In this document: piece by piece, positions 12,405 through 24,186 of the stretch
Numbering within the stretch: the stretch's first letter is position 1
How the letters are laid out: the number at the start of each line of letters is the position of its first letter
NCBI RefSeq assembly: GCF_018977255.1
Contig: NW_024704745.1
Coordinates: 15,314,001 to 15,378,000, forward strand
Source of the DNA: Callorhinchus milii
Taxonomy: Eukaryota
Length of the DNA stretch: 64,000 nucleotides
Direction of reading: 5' to 3'
Notes under the pieces: generated by a model
What the model saw: the letters and a program-made list of their open reading frames with translations, nothing else
The model's database searches: none
Told to the model about the DNA's origin: nothing
Program-made: the position numbers and the translations under genes

Positions 12405-13480
12405 CTAATCGTATGGATTCTTTTTTGTTAGTCTTTCATTTTGAATACTTCACATAATCTGATTATGAGAACCTGCAGTTTGTACACTACCATTTTGAAG
12501 CAAAGGAAACACTTCATGTCCATATCTGTTGAAGATTTCCAACAGCAAAACAAAATCATCAATATTAACTGGACTATTTTTTGGCTATGAGTCGGAAACA
12601 TATGGAAACCCATCACCATACTTAGGCCTTTGGCTGGCAATTAACAGGAGCTGAGTGAGAAGAATCCTTGCTCCCCCAGTGACCAACCAGTCTGCCCTTC
12701 AAGGCTTGCCGATACCAGACTACCAAGAATATTACAGAGGGTTGACTTGATCCGGATACTCTGTTGCTAAGCATGTCACCCTGGAGCAAGGTCAACTCCA
12801 AGGAGATCCCTCTTGGATCTCCCACAAAGACAATCACTAACTAGTTAGTCAATTGAGATGCGACAAAGGCAGGTTTGAGCGCTCCCTAGGTGGATAGAGG
12901 CTATCAGAAATACCCTGCAAACTTCCTGGAATAGTACAGTTCATGAGAGCATCGTCACCGTCCTCCTGGACATGGTTTGGACATCTAACCATTGAGTGTG
13001 GTTCCATCAGTTGGAGGTACAAAGTTGGAATATCAGCTGTGTACCTCTGCACACCAATTAAGATGGACACAAAGCACTGGATATACAAGCTGGGTTCATA
13101 AACCCAGGATTCAGGTTATGCCTTCCAGCAGCTGTTGTCCCAAGTATCAGAGTTTCCTCATCAGCTATTTGATGGGACATCTGCCTTCAATGTCAACAGT
13201 CATCATCCAGGCTTCTATACAGACAAATTACAGACTTGAGGGGTATCATTACAAAAGAATAAGTCCTTGATTTAATGCTAAGGTAGCAGTAGCAGAAAAA
13301 AAGTACTGAAAAATGTACTAAAGATCTAAGATTATTTGAGCAATAATCCAATCAAAATATTTGAAGTTACATTGTTAAGTCATACATTATGTTTAGGCAG
13401 CCAACCCATGATAATTAGTCATTTGCCCCAATACTGAACTGGAAAATAAAACTGACAAATAAGAATTTCATGTTATTTAC

Positions 13481-13608
13481 CTGTGTACGGTCATTTAACT
13501 TGTGCAGAAATAGACTCTCAGCACAGTGCTCATGAATGACAGCATTGTTCTTCCCACCAACAATAACTAGCAAGTCAGATAAAAGCCAAGCTAGCCAAAC
13601 GGGTGGGT
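13481..13608 (-). ncRNA. Unassigned H/ACA snoRNA candidate upstream of TCP1 exon 5 (intron 4)
   Basis: Hairpin 1: CCCACC/GGTGGG, pocket CGTTT/ATTGTT, GGCTAGC/GCTAGTT. H box AGAACA. Hairpin 2: GTCATT/AATGAC with TGTGC/GCACA. ACA-CAG end; ~128 nt. Confidence 0.65.
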
Positions 13609-13713
13609 TCTTACAAAGTTTCCATTATTAATTATTACAAATCATTAGGCTAGACAGAAGACAATATTTCAGAGTATTGGTTGTTCCCTCAATTATAGAT
13701 TCAGGAATTAAAT

Positions 13714-13839
13714 CAGTGATTAGAGCACTCGCCTCGTAAGCGAGAGACCTGGGTTTGATTCCGAGCAGGGCGAAACGATGGGCACGTTTCCTTACTCCAC
13801 ACTCCTCTGTTCACCGAGCAGTAAGTAGGAACCTGGTTG
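13714..13839 (+). mobile_element. SINE 5' (tRNA-derived) head cut off by the satellite
   Basis: CAGTGATTAGAGCACTCGCCTCGTAAGCGAGAGACCTGGGTTTGATTCC...GGAACCTGGTTG then the satellite; the SINE body and tail are missing. Confidence 0.85.
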
Positions 13840-16800
13840 GGCCCTTGCAGGGACCGGCCCTTGCAGGGACCGGCCCTTGCAGGGACCGGCCCTTGCAGGG
13901 ACCGGCCCTTGCAGGGACCGGCCCTTGCAGGGACCGGCCCTTGCAGGGACCGGCCCTTGCAGGGACCGGCCCTTGCAGGGACCGGCCCTTGCAGGGACCG
14001 GCCCTTGCAGGGACCGGCCCTTGCAGGGACCGGCCCTTGCAGGGACCGGCCCTTGCAGGGACCGGCCCTTGCAGGGACCGGCCCTTGCAGGGACCGGCCC
14101 TTGCAGGGACCGGCCCTTGCAGGGACCGGCCCTTGCAGGGACCGGCCCTTGCAGGGACCGGCCCTTGCAGGGACCGGCCCTTGCAGGGACCGGCCCTTGC
14201 AGGGACCGGCCCTTGCAGGGACCGGCCCTTGCAGGGACCGGCCCTTGCAGGGACCGGCCCTTGCAGGGACCGGCCCTTGCAGGGACCGGCCCTTGCAGGG
14301 ACCGGCCCTTGCAGGGACCGGCCCTTGCAGGGACCGGCCCTTGCAGGGACCGGCCCTTGCAGGGACCGGCCCTTGCAGGGACCGGCCCTTGCAGGGACCG
14401 GCCCTTGCAGGGACCGGCCCTTGCAGGGACCGGCCCTTGCAGGGACCGGCCCTTGCAGGGACCGGCCCTTGCAGGGACCGGCCCTTGCAGGGACCGGCCC
14501 TTGCAGGGACCGGCCCTTGCAGGGACCGGCCCTTGCAGGGACCGGCCCTTGCAGGGACCGGCCCTTGCAGGGACCGGCCCTTGCAGGGACCGGCCCTTGC
14601 AGGGACCGGCCCTTGCAGGGACCGGCCCTTGCAGGGACCGGCCCTTGCAGGGACCGGCCCTTGCAGGGACCGGCCCTTGCAGGGACCGGCCCTTGCAGGG
14701 ACCGGCCCTTGCAGGGACCGGCCCTTGCAGGGACCGGCCCTTGCAGGGACCGGCCCTTGCAGGGACCGGCCCTTGCAGGGACCGGCCCTTGCAGGGACCG
14801 GCCCTTGCAGGGACCGGCCCTTGCAGGGACCGGCCCTTGCAGGGACCGGCCCTTGCAGGGACCGGCCCTTGCAGGGACCGGCCCTTGCAGGGACCGGCCC
14901 TTGCAGGGACCGGCCCTTGCAGGGACCGGCCCTTGCAGGGACCGGCCCTTGCAGGGACCGGCCCTTGCAGGGACCGGCCCTTGCAGGGACCGGCCCTTGC
15001 AGGGACCGGCCCTTGCAGGGACCGGCCCTTGCAGGGACCGGCCCTTGCAGGGACCGGCCCTTGCAGGGACCGGCCCTTGCAGGGACCGGCCCTTGCAGGG
15101 ACCGGCCCTTGCAGGGACCGGCCCTTGCAGGGACCGGCCCTTGCAGGGACCGGCCCTTGCAGGGACCGGCCCTTGCAGGGACCGGCCCTTGCAGGGACCG
15201 GCCCTTGCAGGGACCGGCCCTTGCAGGGACCGGCCCTTGCAGGGACCGGCCCTTGCAGGGACCGGCCCTTGCAGGGACCGGCCCTTGCAGGGACCGGCCC
15301 TTGCAGGGACCGGCCCTTGCAGGGACCGGCCCTTGCAGGGACCGGCCCTTGCAGGGACCGGCCCTTGCAGGGACCGGCCCTTGCAGGGACCGGCCCTTGC
15401 AGGGACCGGCCCTTGCAGGGACCGGCCCTTGCAGGGACCGGCCCTTGCAGGGACCGGCCCTTGCAGGGACCGGCCCTTGCAGGGACCGGCCCTTGCAGGG
15501 ACCGGCCCTTGCAGGGACCGGCCCTTGCAGGGACCGGCCCTTGCAGGGACCGGCCCTTGCAGGGACCGGCCCTTGCAGGGACCGGCCCTTGCAGGGACCG
15601 GCCCTTGCAGGGACCGGCCCTTGCAGGGACCGGCCCTTGCAGGGACCGGCCCTTGCAGGGACCGGCCCTTGCAGGGACCGGCCCTTGCAGGGACCGGCCC
15701 TTGCAGGGACCGGCCCTTGCAGGGACCGGCCCTTGCAGGGACCGGCCCTTGCAGGGACCGGCCCTTGCAGGGACCGGCCCTTGCAGGGACCGGCCCTTGC
15801 AGGGACCGGCCCTTGCAGGGACCGGCCCTTGCAGGGACCGGCCCTTGCAGGGACCGGCCCTTGCAGGGACCGGCCCTTGCAGGGACCGGCCCTTGCAGGG
15901 ACCGGCCCTTGCAGGGACCGGCCCTTGCAGGGACCGGCCCTTGCAGGGACCGGCCCTTGCAGGGACCGGCCCTTGCAGGGACCGGCCCTTGCAGGGACCG
16001 GCCCTTGCAGGGACCGGCCCTTGCAGGGACCGGCCCTTGCAGGGACCGGCCCTTGCAGGGACCGGCCCTTGCAGGGACCGGCCCTTGCAGGGACCGGCCC
16101 TTGCAGGGACCGGCCCTTGCAGGGACCGGCCCTTGCAGGGACCGGCCCTTGCAGGGACCGGCCCTTGCAGGGACCGGCCCTTGCAGGGACCGGCCCTTGC
16201 AGGGACCGGCCCTTGCAGGGACCGGCCCTTGCAGGGACCGGCCCTTGCAGGGACCGGCCCTTGCAGGGACCGGCCCTTGCAGGGACCGGCCCTTGCAGGG
16301 ACCGGCCCTTGCAGGGACCGGCCCTTGCAGGGACCGGCCCTTGCAGGGACCGGCCCTTGCAGGGACCGGCCCTTGCAGGGACCGGCCCTTGCAGGGACCG
16401 GCCCTTGCAGGGACCGGCCCTTGCAGGGACCGGCCCTTGCAGGGACCGGCCCTTGCAGGGACCGGCCCTTGCAGGGACCGGCCCTTGCAGGGACCGGCCC
16501 TTGCAGGGACCGGCCCTTGCAGGGACCGGCCCTTGCAGGGACCGGCCCTTGCAGGGACCGGCCCTTGCAGGGACCGGCCCTTGCAGGGACCGGCCCTTGC
16601 AGGGACCGGCCCTTGCAGGGACCGGCCCTTGCAGGGACCGGCCCTTGCAGGGACCGGCCCTTGCAGGGACCGGCCCTTGCAGGGACCGGCCCTTGCAGGG
16701 ACCGGCCCTTGCAGGGACCGGCCCTTGCAGGGACCGGCCCTTGCAGGGACCGGCCCTTGCAGGGACCGGCCCTTGCAGGGACCGGCCCTTGCAGGGACCG

Positions 16801-19800
16801 GCCCTTGCAGGGACCGGCCCTTGCAGGGACCGGCCCTTGCAGGGACCGGCCCTTGCAGGGACCGGCCCTTGCAGGGACCGGCCCTTGCAGGGACCGGCCC
16901 TTGCAGGGACCGGCCCTTGCAGGGACCGGCCCTTGCAGGGACCGGCCCTTGCAGGGACCGGCCCTTGCAGGGACCGGCCCTTGCAGGGACCGGCCCTTGC
17001 AGGGACCGGCCCTTGCAGGGACCGGCCCTTGCAGGGACCGGCCCTTGCAGGGACCGGCCCTTGCAGGGACCGGCCCTTGCAGGGACCGGCCCTTGCAGGG
17101 ACCGGCCCTTGCAGGGACCGGCCCTTGCAGGGACCGGCCCTTGCAGGGACCGGCCCTTGCAGGGACCGGCCGCGGGGCCCTTGCAGGGACCGGCCCTTGC
17201 AGGGACCGGCCCTTGCAGGGACCGGCCCTTGCAGGGACCGGCCCTTGCAGGGACCGGCCCTTGCAGGGACCGGCCCTTGCAGGGACCGGCCCTTGCAGGG
17301 ACCGGCCCTTGCAGGGACCGGCCCTTGCAGGGACCGGCCCTTGCAGGGACCGGCCCTTGCAGGGACCGGCCCTTGCAGGGACCGGCCCTTGCAGGGACCG
17401 GCCCTTGCAGGGACCGGCCCTTGCAGGGACCGGCCCTTGCAGGGACCGGCCCTTGCAGGGACCGGCCCTTGCAGGGACCGGCCCTTGCAGGGACCGGCCC
17501 TTGCAGGGACCGGCCCTTGCAGGGACCGGCCCTTGCAGGGACCGGCCCTTGCAGGGACCGGCCCTTGCAGGGACCGGCCCTTGCAGGGACCGGCCCTTGC
17601 AGGGACCGGCCCTTGCAGGGACCGGCCCTTGCAGGGACCGGCCCTTGCAGGGACCGGCCCTTGCAGGGACCGGCCCTTGCAGGGACCGGCCCTTGCAGGG
17701 ACCGGCCCTTGCAGGGACCGGCCCTTGCAGGGACCGGCCCTTGCAGGGACCGGCCCTTGCAGGGACCGGCCCTTGCAGGGACCGGCCCTTGCAGGGACCG
17801 GCCCTTGCAGGGACCGGCCCTTGCAGGGACCGGCCCTTGCAGGGACCGGCCCTTGCAGGGACCGGCCCTTGCAGGGACCGGCCCTTGCAGGGACCGGCCC
17901 TTGCAGGGACCGGCCCTTGCAGGGACCGGCCCTTGCAGGGACCGGCCCTTGCAGGGACCGGCCCTTGCAGGGACCGGCCCTTGCAGGGACCGGCCCTTGC
18001 AGGGACCGGCCCTTGCAGGGACCGGCCCTTGCAGGGACCGGCCCTTGCAGGGACCGGCCCTTGCAGGGACCGGCCCTTGCAGGGACCGGCCCTTGCAGGG
18101 ACCGGCCCTTGCAGGGACCGGCCCTTGCAGGGACCGGCCCTTGCAGGGACCGGCCCTTGCAGGGACCGGCCCTTGCAGGGACCGGCCCTTGCAGGGACCG
18201 GCCCTTGCAGGGACCGGCCCTTGCAGGGACCGGCCCTTGCAGGGACCGGCCCTTGCAGGGACCGGCCCTTGCAGGGACCGGCCCTTGCAGGGACCGGCCC
18301 TTGCAGGGACCGGCCCTTGCAGGGACCGGCCCTTGCAGGGACCGGCCCTTGCAGGGACCGGCCCTTGCAGGGACCGGCCCTTGCAGGGACCGGCCCTTGC
18401 AGGGACCGGCCCTTGCAGGGACCGGCCCTTGCAGGGACCGGCCCTTGCAGGGACCGGCCCTTGCAGGGACCGGCCCTTGCAGGGACCGGCCCTTGCAGGG
18501 ACCGGCCCTTGCAGGGACCGGCCCTTGCAGGGACCGGCCCTTGCAGGGACCGGCCCTTGCAGGGACCGGCCCTTGCAGGGACCGGCCCTTGCAGGGACCG
18601 GCCCTTGCAGGGACCGGCCCTTGCAGGGACCGGCCCTTGCAGGGACCGGCCCTTGCAGGGACCGGCCCTTGCAGGGACCGGCCCTTGCAGGGACCGGCCC
18701 TTGCAGGGACCGGCCCTTGCAGGGACCGGCCCTTGCAGGGACCGGCCCTTGCAGGGACCGGCCCTTGCAGGGACCGGCCCTTGCAGGGACCGGCCCTTGC
18801 AGGGACCGGCCCTTGCAGGGACCGGCCCTTGCAGGGACCGGCCCTTGCAGGGACCGGCCCTTGCAGGGACCGGCCCTTGCAGGGACCGGCCCTTGCAGGG
18901 ACCGGCCCTTGCAGGGACCGGCCCTTGCAGGGACCGGCCCTTGCAGGGACCGGCCCTTGCAGGGACCGGCCCTTGCAGGGACCGGCCCTTGCAGGGACCG
19001 GCCCTTGCAGGGACCGGCCCTTGCAGGGACCGGCCCTTGCAGGGACCGGCCCTTGCAGGGACCGGCCCTTGCAGGGACCGGCCCTTGCAGGGACCGGCCC
19101 TTGCAGGGACCGGCCCTTGCAGGGACCGGCCCTTGCAGGGACCGGCCCTTGCAGGGACCGGCCCTTGCAGGGACCGGCCCTTGCAGGGACCGGCCCTTGC
19201 AGGGACCGGCCCTTGCAGGGACCGGCCCTTGCAGGGACCGGCCCTTGCAGGGACCGGCCCTTGCAGGGACCGGCCCTTGCAGGGACCGGCCCTTGCAGGG
19301 ACCGGCCCTTGCAGGGACCGGCCCTTGCAGGGACCGGCCCTTGCAGGGACCGGCCCTTGCAGGGACCGGCCCTTGCAGGGACCGGCCCTTGCAGGGACCG
19401 GCCCTTGCAGGGACCGGCCCTTGCAGGGACCGGCCCTTGCAGGGACCGGCCCTTGCAGGGACCGGCCCTTGCAGGGACCGGCCCTTGCAGGGACCGGCCC
19501 TTGCAGGGACCGGCCCTTGCAGGGACCGGCCCTTGCAGGGACCGGCCCTTGCAGGGACCGGCCCTTGCAGGGACCGGCCCTTGCAGGGACCGGCCCTTGC
19601 AGGGACCGGCCCTTGCAGGGACCGGCCCTTGCAGGGACCGGCCCTTGCAGGGACCGGCCCTTGCAGGGACCGGCCCTTGCAGGGACCGGCCCTTGCAGGG
19701 ACCGGCCCTTGCAGGGACCGGCCCTTGCAGGGACCGGCCCTTGCAGGGACCGGCCCTTGCAGGGACCGGCCCTTGCAGGGACCGGCCCTTGCAGGGACCG

Positions 19801-22800
19801 GCCCTTGCAGGGACCGGCCCTTGCAGGGACCGGCCCTTGCAGGGACCGGCCCTTGCAGGGACCGGCCCTTGCAGGGACCGGCCCTTGCAGGGACCGGCCC
19901 TTGCAGGGACCGGCCCTTGCAGGGACCGGCCCTTGCAGGGACCGGCCCTTGCAGGGACCGGCCCTTGCAGGGACCGGCCCTTGCAGGGACCGGCCCTTGC
20001 AGGGACCGGCCCTTGCAGGGACCGGCCCTTGCAGGGACCGGCCCTTGCAGGGACCGGCCCTTGCAGGGACCGGCCCTTGCAGGGACCGGCCCTTGCAGGG
20101 ACCGGCCCTTGCAGGGACCGGCCCTTGCAGGGACCGGCCCTTGCAGGGACCGGCCCTTGCAGGGACCGGCCCTTGCAGGGACCGGCCCTTGCAGGGACCG
20201 GCCCTTGCAGGGACCGGCCCTTGCAGGGACCGGCCCTTGCAGGGACCGGCCCTTGCAGGGACCGGCCCTTGCAGGGACCGGCCCTTGCAGGGACCGGCCC
20301 TTGCAGGGACCGGCCCTTGCAGGGACCGGCCCTTGCAGGGACCGGCCCTTGCAGGGACCGGCCCTTGCAGGGACCGGCCCTTGCAGGGACCGGCCCTTGC
20401 AGGGACCGGCCCTTGCAGGGACCGGCCCTTGCAGGGACCGGCCCTTGCAGGGACCGGCCCTTGCAGGGACCGGCCCTTGCAGGGACCGGCCCTTGCAGGG
20501 ACCGGCCCTTGCAGGGACCGGCCCTTGCAGGGACCGGCCCTTGCAGGGACCGGCCCTTGCAGGGACCGGCCCTTGCAGGGACCGGCCCTTGCAGGGACCG
20601 GCCCTTGCAGGGACCGGCCCTTGCAGGGACCGGCCCTTGCAGGGACCGGCCCTTGCAGGGACCGGCCCTTGCAGGGACCGGCCCTTGCAGGGACCGGCCC
20701 TTGCAGGGACCGGCCCTTGCAGGGACCGGCCCTTGCAGGGACCGGCCCTTGCAGGGACCGGCCCTTGCAGGGACCGGCCCTTGCAGGGACCGGCCCTTGC
20801 AGGGACCGGCCCTTGCAGGGACCGGCCCTTGCAGGGACCGGCCCTTGCAGGGACCGGCCCTTGCAGGGACCGGCCCTTGCAGGGACCGGCCCTTGCAGGG
20901 ACCGGCCCTTGCAGGGACCGGCCCTTGCAGGGACCGGCCCTTGCAGGGACCGGCCCTTGCAGGGACCGGCCCTTGCAGGGACCGGCCCTTGCAGGGACCG
21001 GCCCTTGCAGGGACCGGCCCTTGCAGGGACCGGCCCTTGCAGGGACCGGCCCTTGCAGGGACCGGCCCTTGCAGGGACCGGCCCTTGCAGGGACCGGCCC
21101 TTGCAGGGACCGGCCCTTGCAGGGACCGGCCCTTGCAGGGACCGGCCCTTGCAGGGACCGGCCCTTGCAGGGACCGGCCCTTGCAGGGACCGGCCCTTGC
21201 AGGGACCGGCCCTTGCAGGGACCGGCCCTTGCAGGGACCGGCCCTTGCAGGGACCGGCCCTTGCAGGGACCGGCCCTTGCAGGGACCGGCCCTTGCAGGG
21301 ACCGGCCCTTGCAGGGACCGGCCCTTGCAGGGACCGGCCCTTGCAGGGACCGGCCCTTGCAGGGACCGGCCCTTGCAGGGACCGGCCCTTGCAGGGACCG
21401 GCCCTTGCAGGGACCGGCCCTTGCAGGGACCGGCCCTTGCAGGGACCGGCCCTTGCAGGGACCGGCCCTTGCAGGGACCGGCCCTTGCAGGGACCGGCCC
21501 TTGCAGGGACCGGCCCTTGCAGGGACCGGCCCTTGCAGGGACCGGCCCTTGCAGGGACCGGCCCTTGCAGGGACCGGCCCTTGCAGGGACCGGCCCTTGC
21601 AGGGACCGGCCCTTGCAGGGACCGGCCCTTGCAGGGACCGGCCCTTGCAGGGACCGGCCCTTGCAGGGACCGGCCCTTGCAGGGACCGGCCCTTGCAGGG
21701 ACCGGCCCTTGCAGGGACCGGCCCTTGCAGGGACCGGCCCTTGCAGGGACCGGCCCTTGCAGGGACCGGCCCTTGCAGGGACCGGCCCTTGCAGGGACCG
21801 GCCCTTGCAGGGACCGGCCCTTGCAGGGACCGGCCCTTGCAGGGACCGGCCCTTGCAGGGACCGGCCCTTGCAGGGACCGGCCCTTGCAGGGACCGGCCC
21901 TTGCAGGGACCGGCCCTTGCAGGGACCGGCCCTTGCAGGGACCGGCCCTTGCAGGGACCGGCCCTTGCAGGGACCGGCCCTTGCAGGGACCGGCCCTTGC
22001 AGGGACCGGCCCTTGCAGGGACCGGCCCTTGCAGGGACCGGCCCTTGCAGGGACCGGCCCTTGCAGGGACCGGCCCTTGCAGGGACCGGCCCTTGCAGGG
22101 ACCGGCCCTTGCAGGGACCGGCCCTTGCAGGGACCGGCCCTTGCAGGGACCGGCCCTTGCAGGGACCGGCCCTTGCAGGGACCGGCCCTTGCAGGGACCG
22201 GCCCTTGCAGGGACCGGCCCTTGCAGGGACCGGCCCTTGCAGGGACCGGCCCTTGCAGGGACCGGCCCTTGCAGGGACCGGCCCTTGCAGGGACCGGCCC
22301 TTGCAGGGACCGGCCCTTGCAGGGACCGGCCCTTGCAGGGACCGGCCCTTGCAGGGACCGGCCCTTGCAGGGACCGGCCCTTGCAGGGACCGGCCCTTGC
22401 AGGGACCGGCCCTTGCAGGGACCGGCCCTTGCAGGGACCGGCCCTTGCAGGGACCGGCCCTTGCAGGGACCGGCCCTTGCAGGGACCGGCCCTTGCAGGG
22501 ACCGGCCCTTGCAGGGACCGGCCCTTGCAGGGACCGGCCCTTGCAGGGACCGGCCCTTGCAGGGACCGGCCCTTGCAGGGACCGGCCCTTGCAGGGACCG
22601 GGCCCTTGCAGGGACCGGGCCCTTGCAGGGACCGGGCCCTTGCAGGGACCGGGCCCTTGCAGGGACCGGGCCCTTGCAGGGACCGGGCCCTTGCAGGGAC
22701 CGGGCCCTTGCAGGGACCGGCCCTTGCAGGGACCGGCCCTTGCAGGGACCGGCCCTTGCAGGGACCGGCCCTTGCAGGGACCGGCCCTTGCAGGGACCGG

Positions 22801-23967
22801 CCCTTGCAGGGACCGGCCCTTGCAGGGACCGGCCCTTGCAGGGACCGGCCCTTGCAGGGACCGGCCCTTGCAGGGACCGGCCCTTGCAGGGACCGGCCCT
22901 TGCAGGGACCGGCCCTTGCAGGGACCGGCCCTTGCAGGGACCGGCCCTTGCAGGGACCGGCCCTTGCAGGGACCGGCCCTTGCAGGGACCGGCCCTTGCA
23001 GGGACCCGGCCCTTGCAGGGACCGGCCCTTGCAGGGACCGGCCCTTGCAGGGACCGGCCCTTGCAGGGACCGGCCCTTGCAGGGACCGGCCCTTGCAGGG
23101 ACCGGCCCTTGCAGGGACCGGCCCTTGCAGGGACCGGCCCTTGCAGGGACCGGCCCTTGCAGGGACCGGCCCTTGCAGGGACCGGCCCTTGCAGGGACCG
23201 GCCCTTGCAGGGACCGGCCCTTGCAGGGACCGGCCCTTGCAGGGACCGGCCCTTGCAGGGACCGGCCCTTGCAGGGACCGGCCCTTGCAGGGACCGGCCC
23301 TTGCAGGGACCGGCCCTTGCAGGGACCGGCCCTTGCAGGGACCGGCCCTTGCAGGGACCGGCCCTTGCAGGGACCGGCCCTTGCAGGGACCGGCCCTTGC
23401 AGGGACCGGCCCTTGCAGGGACCGGCCCTTGCAGGGACCGGCCCTTGCAGGGACCGGCCCTTGCAGGGACCGGCCCTTGCAGGGACCGGCCCTTGCAGGG
23501 ACCGGCCCTTGCAGGGACCGGCCCTTGCAGGGACCGGCCCTTGCAGGGACCGGCCCTTGCAGGGACCGGCCCTTGCAGGGACCGGCCCTTGCAGGGACCG
23601 GCCCTTGCAGGGACCGGCCCTTGCAGGGACCGGCCCTTGCAGGGACCGGCCCTTGCAGGGACCGGCCCTTGCAGGGACCGGCCCTTGCAGGGACCGGCCC
23701 TTGCAGGGACCGGCCCTTGCAGGGACCGGCCCTTGCAGGGACCGGCCCTTGCAGGGACCGGCCCTTGCAGGGACCGGCCCTTGCAGGGACCGGCCCTTGC
23801 AGGGACCGGCCCTTGCAGGGACCGGCCCTTGCAGGGACCGGCCCTTGCAGGGACCGGCCCTTGCAGGGACCGGCCCTTGCAGGGACCGGCCCTTGCAGGG
23901 ACCGGCCCTTGCAGGGACCGGCCCTTGCAGGGACCGGCCCTTGCAGGGACCGGCCCTTGCAGGGACC
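13840..23967. repeat. 16-bp satellite (GGCCCTTGCAGGGACC)n, ~633 units, ~10.1 kb
   Basis: Direct reading: 10,128 bp. The only variants I saw are one 8-nt truncated unit (~17168-17175), seven consecutive 17-nt units (~22600-22718) and one 17-nt unit (~23005). Confidence 0.99.
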
Positions 23968-23969
23968 GG

Positions 23970-24186
23970 GTGATGGCAGGGGTGGGGTGATTGGCAGGGA
24001 GGCGGGGCGGGGCGGTGACTCGCGGGGCGGGGCGGGTGACTGGCAGGGAGGCGGGGCGGGCGGGGCGGCGGGGGGGCGGGTGACTGGCAGGGAGGGCGGG
24101 GCGGGTGACTGGCAGGGAGGGCGGGGCGGGTGTGACTGGCAGGGGGCGGGCGGGCGGTGACTGGCAGGGAGGGCGGGGCGGGGCGG
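23970..24186. repeat. G-rich 25-30 bp minisatellite (GGTGACTGGCAGGGAGGGCGGGGCG), ~5 good plus several degenerate units
   Basis: Repeated TGACTGGCAGGG and GGGCGGGGC boxes. Confidence 0.9.

Noticed and set aside
13840-23967. CRISPR-like array
   Set aside because: No spacers, no cas genes and a eukaryotic context; it is a plain tandem satellite.
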